A stretch of 63,854 nucleotides of DNA, taken from Negaprion brevirostris. Taxonomy: Eukaryota. The position numbers and the translations under genes were made by a program. Numbering within the stretch: position 1 is the first letter of the stretch; each line of letters starts with the position of its first letter. Positions 38,421-52,455 of this stretch are shown in pieces. Location of the stretch: assembly GCA_030324005.1 (NCBI GenBank), contig JARDVH010000025.1:42415542-42479395 (forward strand). Direction: 5' to 3'. Below the pieces are notes generated by a model, which was given only the letters and a program-made list of their open reading frames with translations, ran no database searches and was not told where the DNA came from.

Positions 38421-38654
38421 CAGTCATGGATAAAACTAAACTGTTGCTGATACTTTTGAACGTCCGTTGATATGACGGTGGAAGTGTCTGGACATTCCCC
38501 TATCCAATAAGTTTGGTGGAGTAAAAGCACTTCCAAAGATTTTAATTACAATCAGTTTAGTGTGATGAAATAAGTGAAATTCTTGCCTGCAGTCTTCAGA
38601 AGAGTAAAATATATTAAGGGTAAGGTCAGGTTTATTTTCATTCTTTTTTGTTGT

Positions 38655-39172
38655 AGGAACATACCAATTTGGAGCAGGAGTAGGCCATTTGATCCTTCGA
38701 GCCTTCTCCCCAATCCATAAGATAATGGCTGATCTGACTGTAGTCTCAATTCTACATTCCTGCCTTCCCCCATGACGTGCCACACCTTTGCTTATCAATA
38801 ATTTATTCAGTTCTGCCTTAAAAATATTCAAACGCTCTGCTTCCACTGCCTTTTGAGGAACAGTGTTCCAAAGGCTCGATGAAATGAAATATATCTCCTG
38901 CTATCTTCAATGGGTGAACTCTTATTTTTAAACAGTGACTCCTAGTTCTAAATTCTCCCACAAGAGGAGACATCCTTTCCACATCCACCCTGTCAAAACC
39001 TCTCAGGATCTANNNNNNNNNNNNNNNNCTCTTCTAAACTCCAGCCTTGTCATAAGACAACCTGCCCATTCCAGGTATTAGTCTGGTAAACCTTCTCTGA
39101 ACAGTTCCTAACACACTTACATCTTTCCTTAAATAAGGAGACCAGCGCTGTGCGCAATATTCCAGGTGTTGT
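38655..39172 (-). mobile_element. CR1 3' fragment
   Basis: ggagcaggagtaggccatt tail, EAERLNIFKAELNKLL, and gtaaaccttctctgaac. Confidence 0.88.
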
Positions 39173-39696
39173 CCACATAGCGAGGAAGTTGATATTCTGA
39201 TCAATGGCCTTATTGTTTATTTTAACAAAACGAAGCATGGGTGGATCACCTGTTTTCAAACATCCTTACCTATAGATGCTTTGTGACTGTCCCATTGCGT
39301 GATGCAGCGGAGAGTATTCCTCAGATCTGCCACTGAGTATACACGCTACACGTACAAGTTTCAGACAGGAGGTTTTGGCATAGCTGTACTCTTACATGTC
39401 CACTGACATCCAGATTTGTGTTTTAATGATTACTAATGTTATGTTCTATAGCTCTGAGAAAGGACAAACAGAAGGGTGAATATGAATCTATTGACTGTAA
39501 TATTATGGTATTTTTAAAAAATTGCTCGAGTTCCATACGTCTGATGGATGGGTAGATGGACAAAACTTGCGACATGCCGTTAGACATACAAATCCAACGC
39601 ATTTTGTGCGGTGCAGCAAATGTGCCGAATGTTTTTCTGCACATTTCCAAGTGATTCATTGTAAAAGATTGGTTTCTATGTGTGTGTGTGACTTAC

Positions 39697-39913
39697 CTTC
39701 TCAGCACTCCCCCCAACAATGATGCGTTCAGACATTCTGGTGGGGATAGACGCCTCTGGACTTCTCCCACAGTCACCTTGTACTTGGACGTAGAGCTCAA
39801 CAAGGATAAGCGTCCTGGCACCGAACAGAATACCTCGTTATGGTTCGCAATTCCACCCAGTAGATTGTCTTTATTCATCATCAGAGAGGTGATATTCTTC
39901 TGAGGAAGGGGGA
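39697..39913 (-). CDS. TFAP2B: TFAP2B exon 4 (217 bp), start of the basic DNA-binding domain
   Basis: Acceptor gtgtcttttccttccag and donor gtaagt. Encodes [73 protein letters not shown] (ORF 39693..39932). Confidence 0.97.
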
Positions 39914-41562
39914 CTGGAAGGAAAAGACACAACAGTCGAAGTCAGCACTGCGTCCGTTTAAACACGGGTACCATCTGACACTGAATATAACATCATTAAC
40001 ATTTAAAACCCAAAGTGTCATTCGGCCCAATGGGTCTGTATGGGTTCGGTTGCAACATATTTTCGGCGGACAAATGTTTGTATAATTAGCACATAAAAGT
40101 AAAGCTAGTCGGTTCCATGGGGAATGGATCTGTGCTCCAGTAATGAACTGAAATTGTGAGAAAATGTATATTCATATTTCTGGATAATTTCCAATCTCTT
40201 CCAAAAAAACATTGGGGCATTGCCTGGAGCGTGCTTTAATCGACATTGGATTCTACATAAACTCTTCTCTGTTACGTTATTCGGGATAAATCATGTAGAC
40301 TGTAAAATTATAATGTTCATGGGGAATTCTAGGTTTCCAAATTGGGAAACAAAACCTGATAAAATAATGAAAAGGTTCCAGAGATTAACGGAATTGAAAG
40401 ATGTCTACTGAACGCTTGCACTGCATATCTTCTGAATATTTGTCAAGGAAGTTCATATCATTTCAAAAGGGTTAGTTGGCTGGAATCTTCAGCTGCTACA
40501 AAGGCTGGAATGGAATCGGTTGTTAAAAAAAACGAATGTTCATTTGAAATGCATTATTAATTATAGTTGACTTGACTGGGGCTATGACAGATGGTGAGTC
40601 CCCATATGTATCATTTCTATAATTTAAGAATTATCCAATTTAAAATAAAAAAGGAGAAAAATAGTGTGTTATTAACACTATTGGTGACAACTAGATAATT
40701 GTTGCATGTGATCGCTTCCGATGCACATTAAAATACGACGGCAGCCCATTAGCACAAGCTAATACGCCGAGGCTAACAAAATACTTTGATGTCCCCGACT
40801 TATCTCCTTAATCCCTTCAAAACATTTTGCTACCGATCAAACAAATAATCGACAGTCAAAAATTCACGAATGCAGAGTAATGGGAATATGGTATATTTCG
40901 GTGTGAATTTATGTGCAACATAAAAATGTATTGGGTTCGGAATTACTTTAATGGCATCTTACTGAGTTTTGCACATTTATCAAATTGATTTTTGCGTCTC
41001 TCACTCAAAAATCCTAAATTATGCATAAAACCTCGATTTTCAACTTCAGGGAAGTGTGCCATTTTGTCCACAATATGTTTACTTTAAGCATTTGTGGCTT
41101 AAATTAGTTAGCCAATAAACGAGGAAAATATAAAAACCAGAGCCAACTATGGTCATGGGCTTTCAGCCTGCGTTAAATCACTCACTTGTTGATTGACTTC
41201 GAGAAATCCTCCCCAACAGATCCCTTCCAAGGTATACAAATAATTATAAACATTTTGAGCATTTTTATTTCTTTTCTCGTTCTTCCTCGTTTATATAATT
41301 GCAAAGACGTGAGTGGCAAAACTGGATGGTTGGAATCACTATAACCCAACAGTATAGGGAACTGAACTCAAACCCCCAGCTGGTCAGCGGTGGTGTCCCT
41401 CATTTACTCCCTTCACCTAGTGGGGTTCAGTAACTCCTTGGGGAGCATTTCTGCAATAATGCCGTCAGCGTTCACTGTCTGCCAGAAGAGCTTATTCGGG
41501 AAGATGCCAGGGAATTAGATCGGATTGAGTAAAAGAGGAAAAGGTTAAATTGGATGACTTCA

Positions 41563-41885
41563 GGGGCGGGAAGGTCGCACAGTGGCCAGCATTGCTGACT
41601 TAGAGCGCCGGGCATCCGGGTTCGATTCCGGCCTTGGGTCACTGCCTGTGTGGAGTTTGCGCATTCTCCCCGTGTCGGCCTGGGTTTGCTGCGGATGCTC
41701 TGGTTCCGTCCAACAGTCCAAAGATGTGCACGTTAGGTGGATTGGCCATGCCCAATTGCCCCTTAGTACCCCAATGTGCGAAGGTTAGTTACGATAAATA
41801 TGGGGATTGGGTCTGGGTAAGATGCTTTTTGGGAGAGTCAGGTGCGGACTCGATGGGCCAAATGGCCTCCTTCTGCATTGTGGTG
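41563..41885 (+). mobile_element. HE1-type SINE in intron 3
   Basis: gggttcgattccggccttgggtcactgcctgtgtggagtttgc...gactcgatgggccaaatggcctccttctgc. Confidence 0.9.
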
Positions 41886-44800
41886 ATACATACATTGTAA
41901 ATCCTCTTTTTAATATTTAACCTAGGCTTGCTTACTGCGGATCACCCAAGGTGTTTAGTTTGAAAACTGAAAATATCATTTATTAATTAATAAAAGGCAA
42001 AGCGTGCTTATTATTCGATGAATCTGCAGTTCCCACGCTCAGGTCACGTATCAATTTCCACTTCAGGTAAAGTTTTTTTGGTAACAAGCTGGCGAGTGCG
42101 TTCTTTCTAGATCTGTGAGCGTTTTGATGAAACCCAGATGGACTCGAAAGCCGCGTCTGTTTCCAAGTAATGTTGAAATTTGGCTTGTGAACTAGAAATG
42201 CTGTCACTAACACATTTGTAATGTAGTTAANNNNNNNNNNNNNNNNNNNNNNNNNNNNNNNNNNNNNNNNNNNNNNNNNNNNNNNNNNNNNNNNNNNNNN
42301 NNNNNNNNNNNNNNNNNNNNNNNNNNNNNNNNNNNNNNNNNNNNNNNNNNNNNNNNNNNNNNNNNNNNNNNNNNNNNNNNNNNNNNNNNNNNNNNNNNNN
42401 NNNNNNNNNNNNNNNNNNNNNNNNNNNNNNNNNNNNNNNNNNNNNNNNNNNNNNNNNNNNNNNNNNNNNNNNNNNNNNNNNNNNNNNNNNNNNNNNNNNN
42501 NNNNNNNNNNNNNNNNNNNNNNNNNNNNNNNNNNNNNNNNNNNNNNNNNNNNNNNNNNNNNNNNNNNNNNNNNNNNNNNNNNNNNNNNNNNNNNNNNNNN
42601 NNNNNNNNNNNNNNNNNNNNNNNNNNNNNNNNNNNNNNNNNNNNNNNNNNNNNNNNNNNNNNNNNNNNNNNNNGAATACATTGTATTTTGCCCTCATGTC
42701 CACTTTGCAAACCTTTCTTGTTCACTCTTTCTTACTGCAATCCGATTGCAATATTGCAATGACGTACGATCACTAGGTCCACCCATTTATCAACGTGTTA
42801 CGTCGAAAATTTCCTCTCAGCCGTCCTCCCCCCTCCTGCCCCGATGAAGGACAGTGTACATGCACCTCGTCAAAGAACCTCGGCACAGGAAATCGAGCTA
42901 GTTAAATATAATTTTCTTCTCTTTCAGTTTTCAAGTGGGGGAGAAATATATGAGCACTCTTAAGAAAAAAGATGCACGAAATTTGACAACATTTAAGGCA
43001 CACTTCAGAAGAGCCTTTGGCCACTAGTGGAAGATGTGTGCTCATAGTTGCATTCCATTGCACCTCCTATTTTGTTGGATTTACGGTGTGTTGCGAAATA
43101 TAATTCATGCAATTGTCAATTATCCGTCTGCTTTGTCGAGAATGCTTAGATCTTTGGCCACGTCGCGTTAAAATCCCACTTGAAACAACACAAGNNNNNN
43201 NNNNNNNNNNNNNNNNNNNNNNNNNNNNNNNNNNNNNNNNNNNNNNNNNNNNNNNNNNNNNNNNNNNNNNNNNNNNNNNNNNNNNNNNNNNNNNAATCTG
43301 TATAAGTTAGTGGTAACTAACTCAATTGGATCTGCAGACAATCCTGAAGCTACCAAATGATTTGCAAGCTTGCTAAAATAATTTAAAATATTACTGCTGA
43401 GATGCAAATTCGCGACGGTTACTTTATCGGCTCTGAGTCTCTGAAATATACATCTTACTTTAACTAACGTTTTAACGTCGACTTTTTATGCATGAGTATG
43501 TTAGTCTTAGTGCTTCCAATAAGCTATTCCAATATTAGAAGTGAAAAGTATGGGCCACGGGTCTGAATTTTCAATGTGCTGAAGGGTCTGAAAAATGTGT
43601 CGCTGAGAGCAATCTGAGTCACCTCTAACTGCAATATCCCGCAACCATGAACCATGAGAATATAAGTTGTCATTAACTGGGCAGTAAACGCGCCCATATG
43701 TAGATATATAGATATATATCTACATATATATGTATGCCCGAAAATAGATTCATAGCCTAAATAATCTGTTTGTCTATCTGACTGTGTATGTCTTGCCGTT
43801 TTTGATGTTTCACGGAAGGAATGAGTGATACTGGATCAGTACATACACAAGTATAGATATTGCCTAGTTACTAAACACCATCCGCCCAACAGTTTACAGG
43901 ATGCAGTGCAAAACAAACCATTGGAGCAGTAGCTCCTTTCAGTACTTTCAACCATATTTATTAAAGTCTTGTAATATCACTTTGCTAATTTAGCCCTAGA
44001 ATATCTCGAAGGCATATTTTCATGTTAATTTCTTTTACAGATCATCAATATGGAAAATAATACTTGCTTCATTTGTTAATAATTATGAACAGATTGTGCT
44101 TTGAAACATAATTCTGCAACGAACTTGATAGCGTTCAAACGACTAGAGGAAATCGCAAACCAATGGACCGTGACAAAAACGCAGCTTGAAGCCTTCAATT
44201 CCTTACGTGTTCAGAATGTTCAGCCTCACATCTTCAGTGTGATTTCGTAATGCAATGTGTAAATATGTTGCAAGTGTACATGCAATTGTTATGGAAGTTA
44301 ATGCATTAATAATAACCTTGAATGGGCACACATTTAATGTAGTTAACCTAATCCGTGATTAATTCTGACTGCAAACAATACAGTATACTAAGACATTCGT
44401 TTCTATTCAACAGCAATCCTAATTCAGTTATCTCTCGTCAGCGATTATCAGGACTTATCCACACGTCCAGAGCTGCCTTTGCAATTGCCATTTCCTTAGT
44501 TAGTAACCAAGAATGTCCTTTATCCACAGCAAAAGTTAGTATTAACATGCATCGTGTTTTGTATGTGAATGCATATTAAATTACCTCACTATGTGTAGGG
44601 CTAATTTGACAGTAGGACCCAGAGATACCTGTCAATGGGTAAGTGCGTGCGGCTATTGATATAGCTAATGTTTAACCGAAAATGAAGCTTTCTTTAAAAA
44701 AAAACTAGACAGAAGTTTTAAGCTACTTGTTTCCGTTCTTCTTCGAGTAGCAATGCTGATGGTCACATTATGAATACACAATGCAGTGCCTCTATCCATT

Positions 44801-47049
44801 CATCTGTCGATTTGTTAAGTGCCCCAGTTGGCCAAATGTAAAAATGTGCAAATATTTCAATGACTGCAATAGTCATTATAAGCACTGGCGTGGCCTCTAA
44901 GATAACCCGATATTTAAAAAAATACTGTTCAAGGTTCTGTTTGTCAGTGCTTTCTCCCATTGCTTTGTTTGATTTTTTTTTAAATCCGGCTAATGTAACA
45001 CAGCACCACCATTTTCACTTTATTGATTGCTCATTGACCAAGCTCCTGCAAATCATATTTGCCTCCCTCTGTCAATTTATATTAGCAGAAACATTTAAAA
45101 CACCTCCCATTATCTACATATTGAAATCAAGAATGTGTTTTAATGTTAGCTGTAATGTCTCTGCTCAGACAGGAGCCACGGTCCCTGAGTACTGTATTAA
45201 TAGCTCAACAGGGGCTAATACGGAAAATTAGACTTAAACGAGCTCTAGAGATCCTTAAATGAAAGCGTCATTTATCACGCTGGCTACTTTAACTCTCCTC
45301 GTTTGCTCTCTCTTCTGGGACCAACTCATTTCCTGTTAAGTAAATTACCTTAAAAAGTGCCAGGCAGCTATTCCCACACAAAATACGGCACACTGACTCT
45401 TGACCATCTCGTTAACCCCACTTTGGAAACGCAGCCATTCTGTATTTTACAATTAAGTATTAGCTTCCCCCTTTTCTCGGTTGGCCTGCGCTGTATTTAA
45501 TCCTTAAAAAACATGAAATCACTCATCTCTGCAACGGAATGCCTCCAATTTGTGCGAGAGTATAAACAAATTTTCGCAGGGGAAACAAAAGCAACAGAAA
45601 AGGTGAATATTGAAGGCGCTAAATAATACGTGCTGACAATTTCTAATTTGGATTTATCTGAAATGCATTATCTCGGTGCCACATGTTTCATAATCGTTAT
45701 GGCGACCTTTGCAAATTCTACCCCCGAAGTTAAGGTCCTCTAAGGACATTTATTTGTAGATATCAGTAATCAAATATTACCCAATATCGACAACTAACAT
45801 TTTCAGCTGGTTGCAGGCGCAGTTTTTGTTTCTGCTATCAATATCTAAAAATAACATTATTTTCCTTAGAAAATCGGCATTACTTTTTATCAGGTTTAAT
45901 TGCCAACCGTTATTCAAATGAATATATTTGAGTGTGCACATGATATTTCAGACACCGAGATAACTCAAATCCGTTAATATGAATTACTCCAATACTTAGA
46001 TATCTATTTGCATCAGTTTCTCGTTTATAGTTTACACTCAGCCAAACGTGCTTTAATAACTCCTAAGAGCGAGAGGGCCGTTTTCTACCTAACGGCCATG
46101 GTTTCAGGAATGAGTATTCACCTTAAGAAGTGTCAGTGACATGTTATCAGTCCCATGTATCATTATAGAAGACCACTGCTAATGTTGCGCCACCTAAACA
46201 TGGGAATCGGATAACCGTGCCCAATATATCCGGGTTACAGACACCCCCTCCCCATAATAAAATAAATCCATATTAGCAGATCTAAAAGGGCTGCTTCTAC
46301 ATCATTCATGTTACATACAATTCGCGTCTGCAGTTTCAATCTATAGAATTACATTTTGATCTTTAGCAACGCAAAAGTGAATAATCCAATTTTAAGCGAA
46401 CGCGTTATTGCAGCGAGCACTGAAAATGTATGACTGGCGATTGAAAATGCCCAAGCTGACAAAAACAAGATTCCGAACAATTGTGTAAAAGCTGTGGAAC
46501 CCAAATCTTGCGTGGAGTCGTTTCCTACACATGCGCATTGCATGCCACGGGAAGACGAGGTGGTGCCACTACAACAGTATCTCCTGTCCTCATGTTGCTA
46601 AGCAAACTTGAGTTTGGCAAAGTTGTTGCAATTCTGAGTGTTTCCAACAACAGTTCCATTTCACAGCTAGAATTTTTAATCGCTCCCTTTAAGCTATTGA
46701 CATTGTGGAGAGTCGGATTTTACACATGCACATTACTGTTCTTGCTTGACATTTCGCCTTTTACAAGCACTTTAATCAGCACGTTTGCTAAATGTGCAAA
46801 CGTTCATTGGCTAGTCAGTAGTGGACTGGAATCGTCTGCGCGCGCGGTGAAAACATTTAATGTTTACTTCTCTCCATTTTTCTTTATAGGTACACATCAA
46901 AACCCTCCCAAATTGGGTTTTACAGGTTGTCGGCTAAACTTGGAAAATTTCTTATGTTACTAGCTCAGCATAACAATCCTCCAAATGCTGATAGTTTAAC
47001 ACAGTCATAATGAAACACTAATCAGCTTTTCAACTGTTGTGTGGAACCA

Positions 47050-47345
47050 AGGAGATCTGCTGCACAGAAAGGACATTTGGATTATTACATCTGAACTGGT
47101 TTTAGCTGGAATAATCTGAACGCTAAACGCATTGCCCTCTTCCCCCCATAGGTTTGTATCTTCCTCAGCTTTTTGATATTCATCCAAATTCCCCTTAAAA
47201 GATATAGTGGCCTCCGCCCAACCACTTCCTGTGGCAAAACATTCCAAACTCCAAGCGTCCTCTGTAAAAACATGTTTTCCAAACATCTCCCCATGCACTC
47301 TTACTGACAATTTTAAATCGATGTCCTCCTCACTCCAGTGAGAGA
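47050..47345 (-). mobile_element. Old CR1 3' fragment
   Basis: FLQRTLGVWNVLPQEVV (CR1 FTQRVVxxWNxLPxxVV). Confidence 0.75.
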
Positions 47346-47420
47346 CAACCCAATGAAAATAAAATTTCCTTAATCATTCAATCAAAAGTTTCCATAATTG
47401 TAAACAAAACTTGAGTAAAT

Positions 47421-47733
47421 TGGGTGGCACAGTGGCACAGTGGTTAGCACTGCTCCCTCTCAGCTCCAGGGATCTGGGTTCAATTTCAGCCTTGGGTCAT
47501 TGTCTATGTGAACTTTGCACATTCTCCCCTATCTGCTTGGGTTTCCTCCGGGTGCTCCGGTCTCCTCCACAGTCCAAAGATGTGCAAGTTAGGTGGATTG
47601 GCTATGCTAAATTGACCCTTATCTCAGGGGGATAGCAAGGTAGATATGTGGGGTTACTGGAATAGGTGGGATTGTGGCTGATGCAGATTCAATGGGCCAA
47701 ATGGTGTCCTTTTGCACAGTGGGGATTCTATGA
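47421..47733 (+). mobile_element. HE1-type SINE
   Basis: Full head, body and tail, ending ggggattctatga. Confidence 0.92.
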
Positions 47734-49328
47734 AATTCTTGGCTTAGCGTTCCCTGATCTAATGGATGTAGGATAGCATACAAGCGTCCTCTGGATTGCT
47801 GACTGAAACTTTGGTATAAAATTGTCTGAGCCATTTATATTGTTTCTGCAAAATGTCAACTGATTTTCTGCCAAAGTAATGGCATAAGAATGTCTGCAGA
47901 ATTTTAATCCCCACCCAATCCCCAAATATCCTCAGAGAATGTTAGTTTTCAGGTATCATTCTGAGGAATCCAGGCTGTATATTTCGTATATCATTAATGC
48001 CTTTGCTGCAATAGAGCATGCTGAACTATAGGCAGTACTCTAACTATGACCTAACCAATGTTTTCAGAAATTCACTATTACTTTTTCACTGTTTATTTTA
48101 AACCTCTATTTGCAAAGCCCAGCATTATACTGGGTTTTTTTTGTACATCTACCTGCAATGTGGCTTTCTGGAAAATATCTAAGTTAAGTCATTCATATAT
48201 ATCGTAACTCCTGGTCTATCCTTCCATTTTGTATTATCTCATGCTTAACCCCTTTAAATTGCACCTGATATCTGTACATCATTTTTCCTAACTCTCCATG
48301 TCTCCTTTGATGAATCTTTTACTTTTGTGTCAACAACAAATCTTGAGTTTGCCCCATGGTTGCCTAAATTACATCCAACCAAATATCAGTAAAGACCTTT
48401 TTCAAGACTCCAAGCAGCCATATAAAACAGACAGTAAATGTGTCTTGCATGTACTAATGGGAATCTAATATTTATTTTAGAAATCCACTGGGAAATCAAA
48501 CTGCTCTGCTCAGGCTTTGCTGGTGTGGTTGCAACTTAATATATGGTAAAATCCAAAAATGTAAACAAATTTTCTTTCAAGTTTACAAACAGGAGCAGGG
48601 CTGTTAGGGAATGCCGCCTGTCTACAATTGGCTTCTCCTATTCCTCATCCTCTAGCACTTACTTGAGGGCCATTGCTGGTGAGACAGGTGGCCTAAAATT
48701 GGATTTCACAAGAGGGGCCAAGCTGACTCTGGAGGTGCAACAGATATTGGCATCTCAGCCAAAATATTAAAGATGAAACCTAAAGGAGGAAATTCGAATG
48801 GTCCCTTGGGCAGTATTTCCAGGCATGTGCAACATGAATGTTACCTGGTTCAGTCTGAAGACGATCAAATTATCCCACTATTTTCCACAACTACTCACCG
48901 TATTTGTTAAAGGGTTTAAATGATGGGATAGAAAGCCACATATCCATATATGCCAATGGCATAAAGGTAGGTGGCATTGAAAGCAGTGCAGGTGGAACAT
49001 TAAACTGAGAGATTAAGCGAATGGACAAAGCTGCGGCAAATTGATTTCAAATTGATTTCAATTTAGATGATTGTGAGGCCATTCAGTTTGGATGTAAAAA
49101 GGATAAAACAGGGTAATTTCTAAGGGGGAAAAATGGGAAACAATGGCAGTTCAAACAGGCTTTGGAGCCCAGTTTCACAGTCCATTGAAACACTGTGAGC
49201 AGAAAATAATCCAGAAGGTGTACTGGTCTTTATATCTAGAGAACTAGAATAGAAGATGGTAGAAATCATGTTTCAGCATTACAAAACCCTGATTAAATCA
49301 TGTTTGAATGACTGTGAGTCAGCTAGGC

Positions 49329-50635
49329 CAAAGGTTCCCAATTGATATAACATGGCACACTGGTGTGCCGTGTAGATCTCCCATAAGTGTGCCCCAAATT
49401 AAGATTCAAAATGATTAAAGATTCATGTAACTAACTAAAACTAACCTTCGTCTTCAGCTCTGTGGTCGACAACTCCAAGACCCAATGAACCTTAGGCCTC
49501 CCACGCATGCACCGGCCAGGGAAGAGCCACACATGCACAGTTTAGATTTTTTTTACATTGATCAGGGCCATGTGCATGAACAGTGGGACCCAGAGCTGAA
49601 GACAAAGGGCTCATGCATCCACACCAAAAATGAAAACTCTAAAAATGCACACAAACACTGGGACAAGCGAGAAAGACAGCGAGGGGAAAGAAATTGGTAT
49701 ATACTGTTCTGAAAATCACAATATTGAAACGATGCTAATATCGTGTATCTATAGTTATGTTTAGCTAATGCCTAGATATTAGATTAGCATTGTGCTAAAA
49801 TTTCTGTCTTGTGCAGTAATTCACTACCCCAAAGTGTGTTGGATGCTCGGACAGTGAGTAAGTTTAAGAAAGAGCTAGAGAGATTTTTAATTGATAATGG
49901 GTTGAAGGGTTATGGGAAGAAATTGGGGATGAGGAGCATACCAGCCATGATTGAATAGCAGAGCAGACTTGATGGGCCGAATGGCCTAATTCAGCTCTTA
50001 CATCTTATGAACTTGTGAACTTGCTTTAGCTTTCTCCTCTTTTTCAATGAAGTTTCCATTTTTCCCTCATATTTTATTATTCTACTTGAGTACTCAAAAT
50101 ATTAATACAAAAGCAAAATACAGTTGATGCTGGAAATCTGGCATTAGAAGGAAAAATGCTGGAAAAACTCAGATAATCAGGCAACATCTGTGCAGAGAAA
50201 CAGTCAACATTTATGTTGCTGACCATTTCAAAATACTAAATCTTGCATGAACAGGATAAGTTATTTGTGAACTATGGTGTTTAAGGAAAACATAGTTCCT
50301 TCATATAGATCTTACATTTATATTGTATTGTTCACATTTTCCACACTGATAATCTGGATTTTGCAGTAGCAACAACTGAAGCTATCAGTCTTGGCATTAT
50401 TATAGTGGAAAGATTTGTGACATCCACACATGCACAGTAAAACATGGAAAGCTGTACTTCCCAATTCTGTCGAGATTTTCTACCCATATTGCCATTCTCT
50501 CTGACAGCGAAGGAGGGCTGAAAATCATCCACAAAAATTATTTTGGTCGAAGGCAGTTCAGAGAAAATAGCCTTGCCTCAAAACTTTTTATAGTATAAAG
50601 GTGTGCAATGACATATAAAAGGTTGGGAACTATTG
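49329..50635. mobile_element. Non-autonomous hAT (Charlie-type) DNA transposon with nested repeats
   Basis: TIRs caaaggttcccaa / ttgggaactattg. The 8-bp TSDs agctaggc (49321-49328) and atctaggc (50636-50643) resemble the NTCTAGAN target. It contains a CR1 tail at ~49825-50020. Confidence 0.75.
50109..50215 (+). mobile_element. Common shark repeat, probably Penelope-associated; weaker copies at ~14145-14220 and ~14590-14660
   Basis: aaaagcaaaatacagttgatgctggaaatctg...aatgctggaaaaactcag..caggcaacatctgtg.agagaaacag. Family assignment from memory. Confidence 0.5.
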
Positions 50636-50857
50636 ATCTAGGCACCAGACCTGAGGAAGGATATATTGCCCTTAGACAGAGTACTGCATAGATTTGCCAG
50701 AATAATCCCAAAACTCCAGAGGTTAAGTTAACAGGAAATATTCATTAACTCATGTTATATATCCTGGGATTTAGAAGGTTGGGGATTGATTTACATAGAT
50801 TTTCAAAATAATAAGGACAAAAGATTCAGAGAAATTTCTTCTATTTGTTAGTGATTA

Positions 50858-51085
50858 TGGAGTACAGTGTCACAGTGGTGAGCACTGCTGTCTCACAGCG
50901 CCAGGGACCAGGATTTAATTCTTGGCCTGGGTCACTGTCTGTGTGGAGGTGCATTGGCCATGCAAATTTCTCCCACAGTGCACCTGAACATGCACTAGCG
51001 TATCGTGACTAGGGGATTTTCACAGTAACTTCATTGCAGTGTTGATGTAAGCCTTCTTGTGACACTAACAAATAAACTTAAAACT
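50858..51085 (+). mobile_element. HE1-related SINE with an alternative tail, internally deleted
   Basis: HE1 head plus tail cacagtaacttcattgcagtgttgatgtaagcc..gtgacactaacaaataaactt. Confidence 0.85.
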
Positions 51086-52169
51086 TTTGAACTAGGAAAA
51101 ATAGTCTAACAATAGAGTCAGCTATCTCTGGAGTGAAATTAGAGAATATTTCTTCGCACAGAGATTGGTCAAAATTTGGAATTCTCTTCTAGATATGGCA
51201 TTTGATTGCATAGTTGATAACTTTAAAACTAAGATTGAAAGATTTTTGTTAACCATATGAATATGCAGCAAAAAGTTATATGGAATTATTTCAAATTCAA
51301 AATTAATTAGTGGTGGAATCAGGAGATCAAAGGTCTCCTGTTCCTACATTTCTATGTTTCATCTACCACAAATTTAAATCCTCTTCATACATTGGGAACA
51401 AAAGTGGTCGGCTGTGGTAATATACCATTTTGAAACCTTTTCCAATCTTTAGCCTAACTCTTCCACTCTGTCAACTGCCCATCTTTCTACTTGCCTCTTA
51501 TGCGCTGGGTCTGATTTATTTTCAACAAGCCATTTCTATGACATCATGGGATATTTTCCAACTATCCAAGTTCAGTAAGTTGACTTAATTAGCCTTCTCT
51601 ATCCAGTTGGGCTCCTTCAAAAATTACAAATCAGAACTTGCCTTTCACAAGCTAGTGCCAGGTCCCATTTGTTAACTTAAGCTTACCCATTTTATCATGG
51701 ATGATGGATTCTAATAGTGGAACTCCAATCTTCAAAGAGGGGGTGGGGGTGGGTGGGCAGGGGTTGCACAAAATGGGAGTTATGTATCTCCTGTTGATTG
51801 CATACCCCAACCTATTGAGTGGGATAGCTGATATGTTACTGTCCATTTTAACTCTGAACGTTGGAAGTTATACCTGAGTTCATCCAGAACAGATGCATGA
51901 CTTAACTGTCATACAGTCACGTAGTTTACCCTTCTCTCTCTTTCTGAAGAATTGTTAGATTGTCCACTGCCCCTCCCAATGGTGCACATTGTACATTCAA
52001 TGAAGGCTGAAAAGATATCAAAGATTTGCCACCCACTTATTTTGAACAATCTCTATGGGAAATGTTATTAGAGACTATGGTTTTGCTAACCTTAATTCTA
52101 CTTATTTTCTATAGAAACTAATTTTCTATCAATACATCAATCATTTTCCATATCCTCCCTAGTACACTT

Positions 52170-52455
52170 ATTTTTATTTATTATCAGTATCACAAGTAGG
52201 CTTACATTAACACTGCAATAAAGTTACTGTGAAAATGCCCTAGTTGCCATACTCTGGCACTTGCTCAGGTACACTAAGGGAGAATTTAGCATGGCCAATG
52301 CCCCTAACCAGCACATCTCTCGGACTGTGGGAGAAAACAGGAGCACCAGAGGAAACTCATGCAGACACGAGGAGAATGTGCAAACTCCATAGAGACAGTG
52401 AACTGAGGCTGGAATTGAACTTGGGTCCCTGGCATTGTGAGGCAGCAATGCTAAC
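52170..52455 (-). mobile_element. HE1-related SINE with the same alternative tail
   Basis: Reverse complement of the 50858 type; head gctaaccactgtgcca. Confidence 0.9.

Larger units (their letters stand above)
48900..51362 (+). mobile_element. Old CR1 RT and 3' region, split by a hAT element (49329-50635) and a SINE (50858-51085)
   Basis: CR1-like segments (gatttcaatttagatgattgtgagg; gcaccagacctgaggaaggatatatt; tcttcgcacagagattggtcaaaatttggaattct) are collinear across the insertions. Confidence 0.75.

Noticed and set aside
34933-38536. Repeat-peptide ORFs (VLQLR, CNTLS, YYSSG, IAAQG)
   Set aside because: They are translations of a stop-poor 15-bp minisatellite that is open in several frames on both strands, inside an intron.
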